Origin: Candidatus Calditenuis fumarioli
Lineage (GTDB): Archaea; Thermoproteota; Nitrososphaeria_A; Caldarchaeales; Calditenuaceae
Assembly: GCA_030059665.1 (NCBI GenBank)
Contig: JANVYR010000001.1
Location: 384,001 to 448,000 of the forward strand
DNA length: 64,000 nucleotides
Direction: 5' to 3'
A program made the position numbers and the translations under genes. Within the stretch, counting starts at the first letter, position 1. Each line of letters begins with the position of its first letter. Below the pieces are notes generated by a model. The model was not told the DNA's origin. It saw only the letters and a list, made by a program, of their open reading frames with translations, and did no database searches. Shown piece by piece: positions 26,033-36,438 of this stretch.

Positions 26033-27742
26033 ATGTCCACAGTAGACGAGCTCATCATCAACAGGTTCTGGGTGAAATCGTATCCGCCCGATATCAGGCC
26101 GGACATCGAGATCCCGGCGAAGACCTACCACGAGCTCTTCCTCGAGTCGGCTGAGCGGAGGTCCAACAAGGTCGCGGTGATCTTCGCGGGCTCGGAGTTC
26201 ACGTACGGCCAGGTCCTCGACGCTGCCCTCAGGGTCGCAGGTTACCTGAGGTCGATCGGCGTGAGAGAGGGCGACAGGGTCTCACTCGTCCTTCCCAACT
26301 CGCCCCAGTTCATCGCATCGTACTTCGGGACCCTCATGACGGGCGCAGCTGTCGTCCCCATCAACCCGCTGTACAAGGCTGGGGAGATAGGGTACATGCT
26401 CGCGAAGAGCAGGGCTAAGGCGGTCTTCACGCTCGACCTGTTCCACGATGAGGTCCTGAAGGCCGTTGAGGGTACCTCCGTGGAGAAGGTGATCGTCTCG
26501 AACATCGCCGACCATCTGCCACCGGTCAAGCGGGTCCTCGGAAAGCTGCTGAGGAAGGTGCCATCGAAGCCGGTGAAGAGGGACGCCATGGTCGTCGGCT
26601 ACAACAGGGTCCTCTCGAGCAGACCTCTCCCGACGGACGAGATCGCACGACCTGACCCGGCATCGACCCCTGCGGCGATATGCTTCACCAGCGGCACCAC
26701 GGGCCTCCCGAAGGCGGCTGTCCTCACCCACAGGAACCTCGTCTCGAACATACACCAGAGCTACGAGGTGGCAAAGACCGCGCTCAGCGAGGACGAGACT
26801 GTGCTGGCGGTCCTCCCGTTCTTCCACATTTACGGCCAGACGGCGATCATGGGCTTTGGTCTCACCTTCGGCTTCAGGCTCGTGGTGGTTCCGAGGCCGA
26901 ACGTCGACGAGATTCTAGAGCTGATCGAGCGGTACCGGGTAACCATCGTCTTCGGGGTTCCGGCCCTCTACAACGCGATGATCTCTTCCCCCAAGTTCAG
27001 GAGGGAGATCTTCTCCCACGTCAAGCTCTGCGTCTCGGGTGCCGACAAGCTGCACGAGGAGATAGCGAAGAGGTTCGAGCAGGCGACGGGCGTCCGCATA
27101 GTGGAGGGATACGGCCTCACCGAGACCAGCCCCATAACCCACCTGAACCCGCCTGCGAGGACGAAGATCGGTTCGATCGGTCTGCCGGTCCCGAACACGC
27201 TCGCATGGGTCTTCAAGCTGGAATCGAACGTGCCTTTGGGGGTTGGACAGGAGGGCGAGCTGGCGATCTCGGGGCCGCAGGTCATGGAAGGTTACCTCGA
27301 GGACCCTGAGGCGAACAGAACGGCCTTCTTCACCCTCTTCGGGAGGAAGTGGTTCAGGACCGGAGACATCGCCAAGGTCGACGAGGAGGGATACTTCTAC
27401 ATCATCGAGCGGAAGAAGGACCTGATCAAGTACAAGGGATGGTCGATCTACCCGGCCCAGGTGGAGAACCTGGTGCTGAAGCACGAGGCGGTCCAGGCGG
27501 TGGGCGTGGTTGGCGTGCCGGACGTTGAGGTCGGTGAGAGGGTCGTGATGTTCGTGGTGTTGAAGCCCGAGTACAGGGGGAAGGTCAAGGAGGAGGACCT
27601 GATGGAGTGGTGCAGGAAGAACTTGGCTCCGTTCCAGGTGCCCTACAGGATCTTCTTCAAGGAGGAGCTGCCGGTGAGCATGACCGGCAAGGTGCTGAGG
27701 AGGGTGCTGAGGGAGGAGGCGGCGACGCTGCTGAAGTCCTGA
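26033..27742 (+). CDS. fadD: Long-chain fatty acid-CoA ligase
   Basis: FTSGTTGLPK, VEGYGLTE, FRTGDI, ERKKDLI and GKVLRR adenylation motifs. Confidence 0.9.
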   Translation: MSTVDELIINRFWVKSYPPDIRPDIEIPAKTYHELFLESAERRSNKVAVIFAGSEFTYGQVLDAALRVAGYLRSIGVREGDRVSLVLPNSPQFIASYFGTLMTGAAVVPINPLYKAGEIGYMLAKSRAKAVFTLDLFHDEVLKAVEGTSVEKVIVSNIADHLPPVKRVLGKLLRKVPSKPVKRDAMVVGYNRVLSSRPLPTDEIARPDPASTPAAICFTSGTTGLPKAAVLTHRNLVSNIHQSYEVAKTALSEDETVLAVLPFFHIYGQTAIMGFGLTFGFRLVVVPRPNVDEILELIERYRVTIVFGVPALYNAMISSPKFRREIFSHVKLCVSGADKLHEEIAKRFEQATGVRIVEGYGLTETSPITHLNPPARTKIGSIGLPVPNTLAWVFKLESNVPLGVGQEGELAISGPQVMEGYLEDPEANRTAFFTLFGRKWFRTGDIAKVDEEGYFYIIERKKDLIKYKGWSIYPAQVENLVLKHEAVQAVGVVGVPDVEVGERVVMFVVLKPEYRGKVKEEDLMEWCRKNLAPFQVPYRIFFKEELPVSMTGKVLRRVLREEAATLLKS

Positions 27743-27758
27743 TCGGTCCCGTCCTCTT

Positions 27759-27783
27759 CGGATCCCGACGTCATTTGGATCCG
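27759..27783. terminator. Possible stem-loop between convergent fadD and hbd/crt genes
   Basis: CGGATCC-N11-GGATCCG inverted repeat in the 63-bp convergent gap; function not demonstrated. Confidence 0.25.
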
Positions 27784-27805
27784 GTCTGCCTCAGATTCCA
27801 AAACC

Positions 27806-29758
27806 TCACTCTCCCTTGAACTCCGGTTTCCTCTTCGAGAAGAAAGCGGATATGCCCTCCATCAGGTCCTTCGTCGCGAACAGGTGGGCGAACAGGCTCG
27901 ACTCGTGCCGGAGCCCCTCGTCGATCGGGACCTCGAGGGCCGCGTTGATGGCGTCCTTCGCAGCGGCGAGGGCGATTGGAGGCATCTCCGCCAGCCTCAT
28001 CGCGAACTCCCTCACCTCACGCTCGAAGCCCTCCGGGGGGACCACCTTGTCGATGATTCCCAACCTGAGGGCCTCCTCCGCTTTGATCCGGTCGCCGAGG
28101 AAGATCACGAGCTTCGCCTTGGACGGCCCTATCAAGCGGGTCAACCGCTGGGTAGCACCCCCTCCCGGAATGAGACCAAGCCTGATCTCGGGCTGACCGA
28201 CCTCCGACCTCTCGGTGGCGATCCTGAAGTCGCACGCGAGTGCCAGCTCCAGACCTCCGCCGAGGGCGAAACCGTCGATCGCGGCTATCACCGGCTTGGG
28301 AGACCTCTCTATCTTACGGAGGAGCTCGTTGAACCTCAGCGAGAAGCGGTGGGCCATGGGCACCTTGCTCTCGGTGGCGAGGATCTCGGAGAAGGCCGTT
28401 ATGTCCGCACCTGCGGAGAAGGCCCTACCTCCGGCACCAGTCAGAACTATCACCCTCACCGAGCGGTCCTCGGAGAGGTCCTTGAGGGCCACCTCCAGCT
28501 CCTCAATCATCTTGGGCGAAATGGCGTTGAGCCTGTGAGGACGGTTCAGCACGATCCAGCCTATCGGCGGCTCCCTCCTTACCTCGATCTCCTCGAACGA
28601 CGCAGCAGCTGGTCTCGGCTGGGATACGAGCGAAAGGAGGTACGACGACGGAGCGTAGCCCTCACCCAGCTCCGCCCTGAGCTCGCTCAACACGGAGTTC
28701 ACCTTCTCCGGTGTCAGCTCCGAAGCGTAGCCGAAAACGCCTCGGGGCAGATTGAGGCCGAGCTTCATGGCGGTCTCCACGTCCTCGTGACTGGCGACTC
28801 CCTGCTCAACAAGCCTCGCTGCCTCGTTCATCCCAGGCACGATCATGTACCAGATGTCCACGTCCCTGCCAGCGTCCTGGGGTATGCTCGGCCTCGCGCC
28901 TGCAGGCCACTCGTAGAAACCCCTCCCGGTCTTCGCACCCAGCTCCCCCCTCTCCACGTACCTCCTCAGGAGCTCGATTGGCCTGAAGGTCCTGTCGCGC
29001 TCGGCGATCACCTTCGAGACGTTGTAAGCGACGTCGATGCCCACGTAGTCCGCGAGCTCGAAGGCGCCCATCGGGAAGCCCGCCCTGTACTTCAAAGCCG
29101 AGTCGATCTGGACCGGTGTGTACCTCCCCTTCTCCACGAGGTGGCATGCGACCTCGAAGAACCGCGTGAGCACCCTGTTGACGATGAACCCCGGAACGTC
29201 CCTGTTAACCGTCACGACGGTCTTGCCGAGCGACCTAGCGAACTCGGTCGCGAGCCTCTTCGTCTCCTCGCTCGTCCTGCTCCCGATGATGACCTCCACC
29301 AGCTGCATCAGTTGTGGAGGGTTGAAAAAGTGGATGCCGAGGAACCTCTCCGGTCTCTCCACCGCGGCCTGCAGCTCATCGATCGGGATGGAGCTGGTGT
29401 TGGTACCGAGGAGCCTGGCCCTCCTTGCGGCCCTGCTGGCCCTCCGCCATGTGTCGAGCTTCACCTGGAGGTCCTCGAAGACCGCCTCGATCACCACGTC
29501 CGCATCCGCACATGCGGACTCGAGCGAGGTGGTGGTCCTGATCCTGCCCATAACCTTCTCGACTTCCTCGGGCCTGATCCTCCCGCGCTCCGCGAACTTC
29601 CCAAGGCTCCACCTGATCTTCTCTAGTGCCCTTCCCAGGATCTCCTCAGAGACGTCGACCACGGTGACGCTGTACCCCGACATCGCAGCGACCTGCGCGA
29701 TCCCGTGCCCCATCGTTCCCGCTCCGATGACGACGACCCTCTCCAGACCCGATGACAT
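27806..29758 (-). CDS. Bifunctional 3-hydroxyacyl-CoA dehydrogenase / enoyl-CoA hydratase
   Basis: VIGAGTMGHGI, NTSSI, HFFNPP and GFIVNR; C-terminal crotonase domain AFSAGAD, GGGLELALACD, PEIRLGLIPGGG. Confidence 0.93.
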   Translation of the reverse strand: MSSGLERVVVIGAGTMGHGIAQVAAMSGYSVTVVDVSEEILGRALEKIRWSLGKFAERGRIRPEEVEKVMGRIRTTTSLESACADADVVIEAVFEDLQVKLDTWRRASRAARRARLLGTNTSSIPIDELQAAVERPERFLGIHFFNPPQLMQLVEVIIGSRTSEETKRLATEFARSLGKTVVTVNRDVPGFIVNRVLTRFFEVACHLVEKGRYTPVQIDSALKYRAGFPMGAFELADYVGIDVAYNVSKVIAERDRTFRPIELLRRYVERGELGAKTGRGFYEWPAGARPSIPQDAGRDVDIWYMIVPGMNEAARLVEQGVASHEDVETAMKLGLNLPRGVFGYASELTPEKVNSVLSELRAELGEGYAPSSYLLSLVSQPRPAAASFEEIEVRREPPIGWIVLNRPHRLNAISPKMIEELEVALKDLSEDRSVRVIVLTGAGGRAFSAGADITAFSEILATESKVPMAHRFSLRFNELLRKIERSPKPVIAAIDGFALGGGLELALACDFRIATERSEVGQPEIRLGLIPGGGATQRLTRLIGPSKAKLVIFLGDRIKAEEALRLGIIDKVVPPEGFEREVREFAMRLAEMPPIALAAAKDAINAALEVPIDEGLRHESSLFAHLFATKDLMEGISAFFSKRKPEFKGE

Positions 29759-29840
29759 GCCCCTCGCTCAGAGAGGCCTCTAGTTGCATTTAAGTGGGTG
29801 GGGTTGTGGGGGCTGGCCGAAAACTGAGGGTCGGTCCGGC

Positions 29841-30506
29841 TCAGGGACGATGTTGAATCACCTCCGCCAGCTCTTTCAGGTCCCTCACCTCGATCCTTGC
29901 CTCTACGCCCAACTCCTCCATTGGCAGGTTGTACCTGTTGAGGTAGACGGTGAAGAGGCCCGCAGCGCCTGCACCGGCCAGGTCCCAGGGATTCGAGGAG
30001 ACGAAGCCCACCTCGCTTCTCGCCACACCGAACCTGTCCACGAGGCCGTAAACCCTCGGGCTGGGCTTGTAGACGCGCACCATCTCCGCCGATAGCAGCT
30101 CAGTGAAGTGCTTCCTCAGACCCGTGTTCCTGAGCAACTCGTCGACCATACCCCTGTCGCCGTTGGTCAGCGCGACAAGCCTGAAACGCCTTGCCAGCTC
30201 CGGAAGCGCCTCCACCGCGTCCTCGTGCGGCCTGAGGTTGAGCCACGCCTCCATCAGCCTCCTCTCCTGTTGCCTGTCGAGTGAGACGCCGAACCTACGT
30301 GCGGTGTATCGCAATGCCCACTCGGTGACGACCCAGAAGTTCTCGTACCGCTCCATCAGCGACAGCAGGTGGGTGTACTCCAGCTGCTTGGCCCTCCAGA
30401 CCCTCAGGAACTCTTGCGGCTCTGGGACCACTCCCCTTAGGGCAGAGGCGAGGCTGTTGAGGTCGTAGAGCGTGCCGTAAACGTCGAACGCGAGGAGCTC
30501 GATCAC
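29841..30506 (-). CDS. Haloacid dehalogenase type II (HAD superfamily)
   Basis: FDVYGTL, WRAKQLEY, TNG, YKPSP and SSNPWD motifs. Confidence 0.88.
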   Translation of the reverse strand: MIELLAFDVYGTLYDLNSLASALRGVVPEPQEFLRVWRAKQLEYTHLLSLMERYENFWVVTEWALRYTARRFGVSLDRQQERRLMEAWLNLRPHEDAVEALPELARRFRLVALTNGDRGMVDELLRNTGLRKHFTELLSAEMVRVYKPSPRVYGLVDRFGVARSEVGFVSSNPWDLAGAGAAGLFTVYLNRYNLPMEELGVEARIEVRDLKELAEVIQHRP

Positions 30507-30630
30507 GCCGCAGCCCCTTCCGCAGCTGGATAAATCTCCTCCGGGAGCACCAGGCCTTCGATCGCCGCCACCGGTTTCTTCCTTGCGATTTTATAGCTCG
30601 ATGAACGGCCAGCCCTGCGGAGGGAGACGG

Positions 30631-31395
30631 TTGGTGGCGCAGGGAGAACGGCTTGTAGGTCTGTTGAAGAGGTTCGGGCTCTCGGGATACGAGGTCAGGG
30701 CGTACCTCGCGCTGCTGGAGTTGGGCGAGGGAACCGCACAGGCGGTCTCCGAGGCCGCCAACGTTCCCAGATCGAGGGTCTACGAGGTGATGAACTCGCT
30801 GATAGAGAAGGGCTGGGCGATCGCGGTCAAGTCCAGGCCGACGAAATACAGGCCTCAGGACCCGGAGGTTGCCCTGAGGAGGAGCCTGATGAGGGTGGAG
30901 CGCGAGATGGAGGAGCTGGCGAAGGCCCTCGCGGACGAGCTGATGCCCCTTTACCGCGGCGGCGTGGGCGAGGAGGTGCCGGAGCTGGTGATCGTCAGGG
31001 GCGAGCAGGACCTCTGGAAACGGGTCAAGTCGACCATCGCCAAGGCCAGAAGGAGCCTCGCGGTCGCGCTGCCGCTGATACCCGAGGAGGTCGAGGAGAC
31101 CCTGATTCCCGTCGCATCAATAATGAGGGAGCGGGGTGGATCGGTGAGGGTCCTGTTGGGGAACGAGGTCGACGACAGGGACGCGAGGAAGTTAGCGGAG
31201 CACGCGGAGGTCCGAAGGAGGGAGCTGAGCTTCGGAGGGGGAGTGATAGCCGACGCCTCGGAGGTGGTCTTGGTCCTGATGGAGCCGGAGCGGCAGGTGC
31301 CCAGGTTGGGCATCCACTCTGCCCACTCGATGCTCACCATGTTAGCCCAGACTTACTTCGACATGCTCTGGTCGACTTCCCAGCCGGCCTCCTGA
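30631..31395 (+). CDS. TrmB-family transcriptional regulator
   Basis: FGLSGYEVRAYLALL...VPRSRVYEV; start placed at TTG 30631/GTG 30634 from the TATA position (uncertain). Confidence 0.88.
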   Translation: MVAQGERLVGLLKRFGLSGYEVRAYLALLELGEGTAQAVSEAANVPRSRVYEVMNSLIEKGWAIAVKSRPTKYRPQDPEVALRRSLMRVEREMEELAKALADELMPLYRGGVGEEVPELVIVRGEQDLWKRVKSTIAKARRSLAVALPLIPEEVEETLIPVASIMRERGGSVRVLLGNEVDDRDARKLAEHAEVRRRELSFGGGVIADASEVVLVLMEPERQVPRLGIHSAHSMLTMLAQTYFDMLWSTSQPAS

Positions 31396-32114
31396 AGGAG
31401 GTGCAGGAACCGGTAGGCGTCGTCGAACATGGTGACATTGTTGAACATCACGTATGCCCTCCTGAACTCGATCCTCCGCAGGTATCGCTCCAGTTTCCGT
31501 AGGTCCTCGTCGGTGTAGGTGTAGCTGTACATTTTCTTTCCCGGCGGAGAACCGTGCAGCCTGAGATAGAGCACCCTCTTGCTGGAGAGGTGAACGGGCT
31601 CCGAGGCGAATGGGTCAACAACGTGCACCACATCTGCCTCCTCGCAGACCTTCTTGACCCACGGCTCGCTCCAACCCCGCGGCTCGAACCCGATGGTCAA
31701 CCCGTCCCGATCGATCTCCCTGAAGAAGCGGAGGGCGTTCTCGACGTTCGAGGGCGTATCCGTGAAGGAGGCGGGGGTCTGGACGACGCAGAACTCGGCA
31801 CGGAGCGCCCTGCAGGCCTCCAGCGTGACCTCCCAGCTCTCCATCACCTCCCTGCTCATGCGGAGGAACCCGTGACCAGGCTTAGGTCTGACGTTCGACC
31901 TCTTCCAAGTGGGGCTGTTGCTCGGGTGCGTCACTCCCTGGAAAGCCTTGACCGCGAAAACGAAACCCTCCGGAACCGATTTCCTCCACCGCTCGAGGGT
32001 TTTGCGCTCGTGGACCCTGTAGAAGGTCGACTGGACCTCGACCGCGTTGAAGCGCTGGACGTACCTCCTCATCGAGACCGGAAAGCCGCAGCAACCCACC
32101 AGGACGCCGCCCAT
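31353..32114 (-). CDS. DUF72 family protein
   Basis: VGCCGF, VEVQSTFY, FAVKA, QTPASF, FEPRGW, YLRLHG and FNN motifs. Confidence 0.88.
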   Translation of the reverse strand: MGGVLVGCCGFPVSMRRYVQRFNAVEVQSTFYRVHERKTLERWRKSVPEGFVFAVKAFQGVTHPSNSPTWKRSNVRPKPGHGFLRMSREVMESWEVTLEACRALRAEFCVVQTPASFTDTPSNVENALRFFREIDRDGLTIGFEPRGWSEPWVKKVCEEADVVHVVDPFASEPVHLSSKRVLYLRLHGSPPGKKMYSYTYTDEDLRKLERYLRRIEFRRAYVMFNNVTMFDDAYRFLHLLQEAGWEVDQSMSK

Positions 32115-32117
32115 GGC

Positions 32118-32852
32118 TCACCGCACCAGCGACCTGAGCGACTTGATCATGGACTCCACCGAGTCGGCCGTCGAGAGGATTAGCGGGATCCGCTCGATCT
32201 CGCTGAGCCTCTTCGCCAGCTCGTCGACCGAGTCGGGCGTCTTGGGCCCGTGAAGCACCACAACCTTAGGCTTGAGGGGGAAGACGCGTATCGCGACCAT
32301 GGGTGACCTGCCGGTGGAGACGTTGGTGAAGACCATCGCCCTCATCGAGTTCCGCCCGAAGAGGTTGACGAAGTCGTACGGCCCCAGCTCCGTTATCGCG
32401 GAGAGGCTGTCGATCACCGTGTAACCGTAGACGTGCCCCGATATCTCCTCCGGGACCGTGAGCGGGATCCCGAGGACCGCGGAGACAACCTTCTCTGTCT
32501 CTACCGGCGCGGGGAACTCCACCATGTCGATGACCGAGTGCTGGAGCCTCAGCGTCCCCTCGAACATCTTGTGGACCACTTTCCCACCGCGTTTGATGTC
32601 CAGCTCGATCAGGCTCCTGACGTATCGCCCGACGAAGTTGATCCCCGGAGACCTCCTCTTCCCCTTCTCGTAGTCGCTCAGGACCGGTGAGGATATGCCC
32701 ATCGCTGCAGCCACGTCCTTCTGCGTCAGCCCGAAGATCAGCCTCCACTTCCTCATGGTCTTGCCAGGATCGGTCGAGAAGACGATCTCGGCCGCTATCT
32801 TGTAGGCGACCTGGTTCACCAGCCAGTCGTCCGCCACCCTCCGCATAGCCAC
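32118..32852 (-). CDS. XRE-HTH transcriptional regulator (archaeal COG1709-like)
   Basis: IAAEIVFS..PGKTMRKWR, SDYEKGKRRSPG and FTNVSTGRSPMVAIRV. Confidence 0.85.
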   Translation of the reverse strand: MAMRRVADDWLVNQVAYKIAAEIVFSTDPGKTMRKWRLIFGLTQKDVAAAMGISSPVLSDYEKGKRRSPGINFVGRYVRSLIELDIKRGGKVVHKMFEGTLRLQHSVIDMVEFPAPVETEKVVSAVLGIPLTVPEEISGHVYGYTVIDSLSAITELGPYDFVNLFGRNSMRAMVFTNVSTGRSPMVAIRVFPLKPKVVVLHGPKTPDSVDELAKRLSEIERIPLILSTADSVESMIKSLRSLVR

Positions 32853-32903
32853 GCCCCCGAATTTAGCCCAATGGTTAATAAGGGATGCGCTGAAGATAGC
32901 CGG

Positions 32904-33926
32904 ATGAATTACGGGAATGGTCTAGGGATGGCTGTTTTCGCGAGCCACAGCGCGCTCCAGCTCGTCCTCGGCGGCGAGGCGCAGGGCGTTCGGGTAGCTC
33001 TCTTCGGCCCCCAGCAGAGCCTGAGGCTGTACCGGCGCTTTCCGGGGATCGGGTGCGAGCTGATCGAGTACTCCGGGCCCGAAACGCTGGAGCGTCTCGC
33101 CGAGCGCGGCTACGTCCTGGTCCCTAACGGGTCGGTGGTGGAGTACGTCGGGCCGGAAACGCTTGCCAGGTCGAGCGTCAGGGTCTTCGGGTCGAGGGAG
33201 CTGCTGAGGGCCGAGGCGAGCCAGAGCCGGAAGATGGAGCTCCTGAGAAGCGCGGGCATCCCGACTCCGAGGACTTACTCTTCTCCGGACGAGATCGATG
33301 GTCCGGTCATCGTCAAGTTCCCCGGAGCCAAGGGCGGCAAGGGATACGAGGTCACCGAGGACCCCGAGAAGGTGAGGGAGCTGCTCCATTGGGCCGTCGA
33401 GAAAAGGCTCGCAGGGAGTCCGGATGAGGTGATGGTTCAGGAGTACCTGATCGGCACCACCCTCTACGCGCACTACTTCCACTCGCCGATCCACGACAGG
33501 ACCGAGATCACCGGCTTCGACATCAGGTACGAGTCCGACGTCGACGGGCTGAGGCGTGCGCCTGTTGACGTGGCCTCGCGTTACTCGCCGACCTTCACCG
33601 TCGTCGGTAACCTTCCGGTCTTCCCGAGGGAGAGGCTGCTGGAGACGTTCCTCGAATACGGGGAGCGCTTCGTCAGCGCGGTGAAGCGAGAGCTCGGAGG
33701 GAAGTTCGCGGGGCCCTTCTGCCTCGAGTGCGTCGTGGACAGGGACCTGAACGTCCTCGCGTTCGAGTTCTCCGGCCGGATCGTCGCGGGCACCAACGTC
33801 TACCTCGTCCACGGAAGCCCGTACCTCGCCCTTTACTTCGGGAGGCCCATGACCGTCGGCGAGAGGGTTGCGCTCGAGCTGAGGGAGGCCCAGGAACGGG
33901 GGGCCCTCGAGGAGGTGCTGACCTGA
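32904..33926 (+). CDS. purP: PurP-family ATP-grasp formate ligase, paralog 1
   Basis: SHSALQ, GAKGGKGY, IRYESD, GPFCLE and RIVAGTN; leaderless ATG 32904 about 25 nt after TTAATA. Confidence 0.88.
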   Translation: MNYGNGLGMAVFASHSALQLVLGGEAQGVRVALFGPQQSLRLYRRFPGIGCELIEYSGPETLERLAERGYVLVPNGSVVEYVGPETLARSSVRVFGSRELLRAEASQSRKMELLRSAGIPTPRTYSSPDEIDGPVIVKFPGAKGGKGYEVTEDPEKVRELLHWAVEKRLAGSPDEVMVQEYLIGTTLYAHYFHSPIHDRTEITGFDIRYESDVDGLRRAPVDVASRYSPTFTVVGNLPVFPRERLLETFLEYGERFVSAVKRELGGKFAGPFCLECVVDRDLNVLAFEFSGRIVAGTNVYLVHGSPYLALYFGRPMTVGERVALELREAQERGALEEVLT

Positions 33927-33965
33927 GGTTACCGCTTTACCCCAGCGCTGCCGCACTTGACTGCG

Positions 33966-35024
33966 ATGAGGGCGGACTCGGTGGCGTGCGTCGCATCCCA
34001 TTCGGCCCTTGACGTCTTCGACGGGGCGAAGGACGAGGGCTTCGCGACCGTCGCTCTATGCAGGCTGGGCAGGGACGCGATCTACAGGGCTCTGCCCGAA
34101 CTCATAGACCACTACATCGACCTGAAGGATTACCGCGAGATGCTCGACCAACGGGTTCAGGGGAGGCTCCGAGAGCTGGGGAGCGTGGTGGTCCCCAACA
34201 GGAGCATGGCCGTATACGTGGGGTACGAGGGGATAGAGAGGCACCTATCGGTTCCGGTCTTCGGGAACAGGATGATGCTCAGGTGGGAGGAGAGGACCGG
34301 CGAGAAGAACTACTACAGGCTCCTCGATGAGGCGGGCGTCAGGAGGCCCAGGACCTTCCGGGACGTGGACGAGGTCGACAGGCCAGTTATGCTTAAGGTG
34401 CAGGAGGCCGAGCGGACCCAGGAGCGTGCCTTCATCATAGCGACCGATGCGGAGGACCTGAAGCGCAAGGTCCGGAGGGCCCTCGAAACGGGCACCATCA
34501 GCGAGGGGACGCTGAAAGCTGCGGTGATCGAGGAGCTGCTCCTCGGAGCGCACTTCAACGTCAACTTCTTCGCGAGCAGGGTACGGAGGAGGCTCGAGAT
34601 CGTCAGCGTCGACAGGAGGATACAGAGCGACCTCGACGGTTTCCTGAGGCTCACCGCCAGGGAGCAGCTCGAGATCGCAAGGACGCCCTCGATGATCGAG
34701 GTAGGTCACGAGCCCGCAACGCTGAGGGAGAGCCTGCTGAACCAGATCTACGAGATGGGTCAGAGGGTCGTCGAGGCTGCCTCGAGGTTAGAACCGCCGG
34801 GGCTGATCGGGCCCTTCACGCTCCAGCTGATGGTGATGCCGGACCTCTCCGCGGTCGTCTACGACTTCGCACCGAGGATAGGTGGAGGAACCAACGCCCA
34901 CATGGGAACCGGCGGGAACTACTCGAAGCTGTTCCTGAGAAGGGCCGTCTCGATGGGGAGGAGGATCTGCATCGAGCTGAGGGAGGCGAGGGAGCAGGGG
35001 ATGCTCGACGAGGTATTGACGTAG
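33966..35024 (+). CDS. purP: PurP-family ATP-grasp protein, paralog 2
   Basis: SHSALDVFDGAKDEGF, ERAF, DRRIQSDLDG, GPFTLQ and PRIGGGT. Confidence 0.85.
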   Translation: MRADSVACVASHSALDVFDGAKDEGFATVALCRLGRDAIYRALPELIDHYIDLKDYREMLDQRVQGRLRELGSVVVPNRSMAVYVGYEGIERHLSVPVFGNRMMLRWEERTGEKNYYRLLDEAGVRRPRTFRDVDEVDRPVMLKVQEAERTQERAFIIATDAEDLKRKVRRALETGTISEGTLKAAVIEELLLGAHFNVNFFASRVRRRLEIVSVDRRIQSDLDGFLRLTAREQLEIARTPSMIEVGHEPATLRESLLNQIYEMGQRVVEAASRLEPPGLIGPFTLQLMVMPDLSAVVYDFAPRIGGGTNAHMGTGGNYSKLFLRRAVSMGRRICIELREAREQGMLDEVLT

Positions 35025-35030
35025 CGGCCC

Positions 35031-35396
35031 TCAGAGGAGGGGAAGGGAACCGGTAACCCTGTCAACCATCTCGGACGGCGCTGGTCCTATCCCGAGGGCG
35101 GTCACCGTCCCGGGTTCGAGCTCCGTCAGGCCGGCGTCGGAGACCAGCTCGCACGGGAGCCCGAGGGCCTCGGCCTTTTTCCGCAGTTCCTCAAGCTCCT
35201 CCAGGGACCTCGCCTTCACCACCACCTTCTTCTGGCCCTCGCTGAGCCATCTCTCGACCCAGGCCTGGTGGTAGCGCATGGCCCTGAGCAGCGCCGAGAC
35301 GGAGGCGTGGGCCACCTGGACCGCGGTCTTACCGACGCTCATGCGGAGGTCAACCCTGACAACTATCACCTGCTTGAACCCACGCTCGCCCGTCAA
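35031..35396 (-). CDS. pth2: Peptidyl-tRNA hydrolase Pth2
   Basis: [30 protein letters not shown] and [19 protein letters not shown]. Confidence 0.95.
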   Translation of the reverse strand: MTGERGFKQVIVVRVDLRMSVGKTAVQVAHASVSALLRAMRYHQAWVERWLSEGQKKVVVKARSLEELEELRKKAEALGLPCELVSDAGLTELEPGTVTALGIGPAPSEMVDRVTGSLPLL

Positions 35397-36265
35397 AGGG
35401 AAACCCTCCTGCTGCCGAACGTCGCTGGCTGGTTGTTGACCTTCACCACCCTGGTTTCACCGTAGGATCCCAGCGCCTCCCTCACCTCATCGACATTCTC
35501 CTCGTAGCAGAGCGCCGCGATCGCAGGTCCGGTCCCCGAGATGGAGCATGCCAGGGCCCCCTTCCTCAGAGCAGCGACGGTGACGTCCGTTCCGTAACCC
35601 AGCGCCGCCGAGTGAACGAGGCCGTTGAGCGTCATAGCCCTGATGTAATCTCCCCTCATCGCCAGCTCGAAGGCCACCTCGACGAGACCCCTGATGGGGA
35701 GCAGGTCCTCGCGCCTGAAGGAGGAGGTGAAGGTCCTCCTGCCCTCGGGGACCGAGATCACCGCCATGAGCCTCTCCTCCAGCTCTGACCTCATCAGGAG
35801 GGCCCTCCTCCGGTTGTCGGTCACCACGAAACCCCCGAGCATGCACGCGGAGGCGTCATCGGCAGCTCCCGTGATTGACGTGCCAGAGCGTATCGAGACC
35901 TCCGAGACCAGGTCGAGCAGCTCCCAGTATCGCGGGACCTCGCCGATGGCGTCGAAGAGGGCCAGCGTGACCGCTGAGGCCGCAGCGCTGGAGCTTTTCA
36001 GCCCCACCGCCACCGGTATCTCCGACTCAACCTCGACCCTGCACCCCTTCCCGGAGAGGGCCTTCCTCTCGGCCACCAACTTGAACGCGGTCCTAGCAAC
36101 GGAGTCGTCCGCCTCCTGACCCCTGCACCTGAACGAGAAGACGCCGTCGTCGGTGAGCTCCACGGTCGCCGCCATCCTCAGATCGATCCCTATGGCCGCG
36201 CCCTTCCCGATCGAGATCGCGTTAACCACCGTCACCGCCCCTTTGACCTCCGCCCTTCCTCTCAT
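35393..36265 (-). CDS. aroK: Archaeal shikimate kinase (GHMP family)
   Basis: [32 protein letters not shown] and SGTGP motifs. Confidence 0.92.
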   Translation of the reverse strand: MRGRAEVKGAVTVVNAISIGKGAAIGIDLRMAATVELTDDGVFSFRCRGQEADDSVARTAFKLVAERKALSGKGCRVEVESEIPVAVGLKSSSAAASAVTLALFDAIGEVPRYWELLDLVSEVSIRSGTSITGAADDASACMLGGFVVTDNRRRALLMRSELEERLMAVISVPEGRRTFTSSFRREDLLPIRGLVEVAFELAMRGDYIRAMTLNGLVHSAALGYGTDVTVAALRKGALACSISGTGPAIAALCYEENVDEVREALGSYGETRVVKVNNQPATFGSRRVSL

Positions 36266-36438
36266 CCGCGGGTACCGCTGCGGGGCAAGATAGGAGCTTT
36301 ATCCCGATGGGCCTATTCGACGTGAAAGCGGGAGTTTGAGGGCTGACGCGTCGTCTCCTCATAGCACTAGGCGAGCCGCCGTCGTGAGCCATCGAGAGGA
36401 ACAGGAAAAAATAGGGCGTTCGCCGGAACCCGAACCGG

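Noticed and set aside
27884-29626. Long antisense or alternate-frame ORFs (e.g. 27884..29626 +, 60720..61895 +, 32922..34001 -, 7078..8145 -, 55647..56753 -, 50256..51251 +)
   Set aside because: They shadow well-identified genes, have no family motifs, and are expected from stop-codon scarcity in GC-rich coding DNA.
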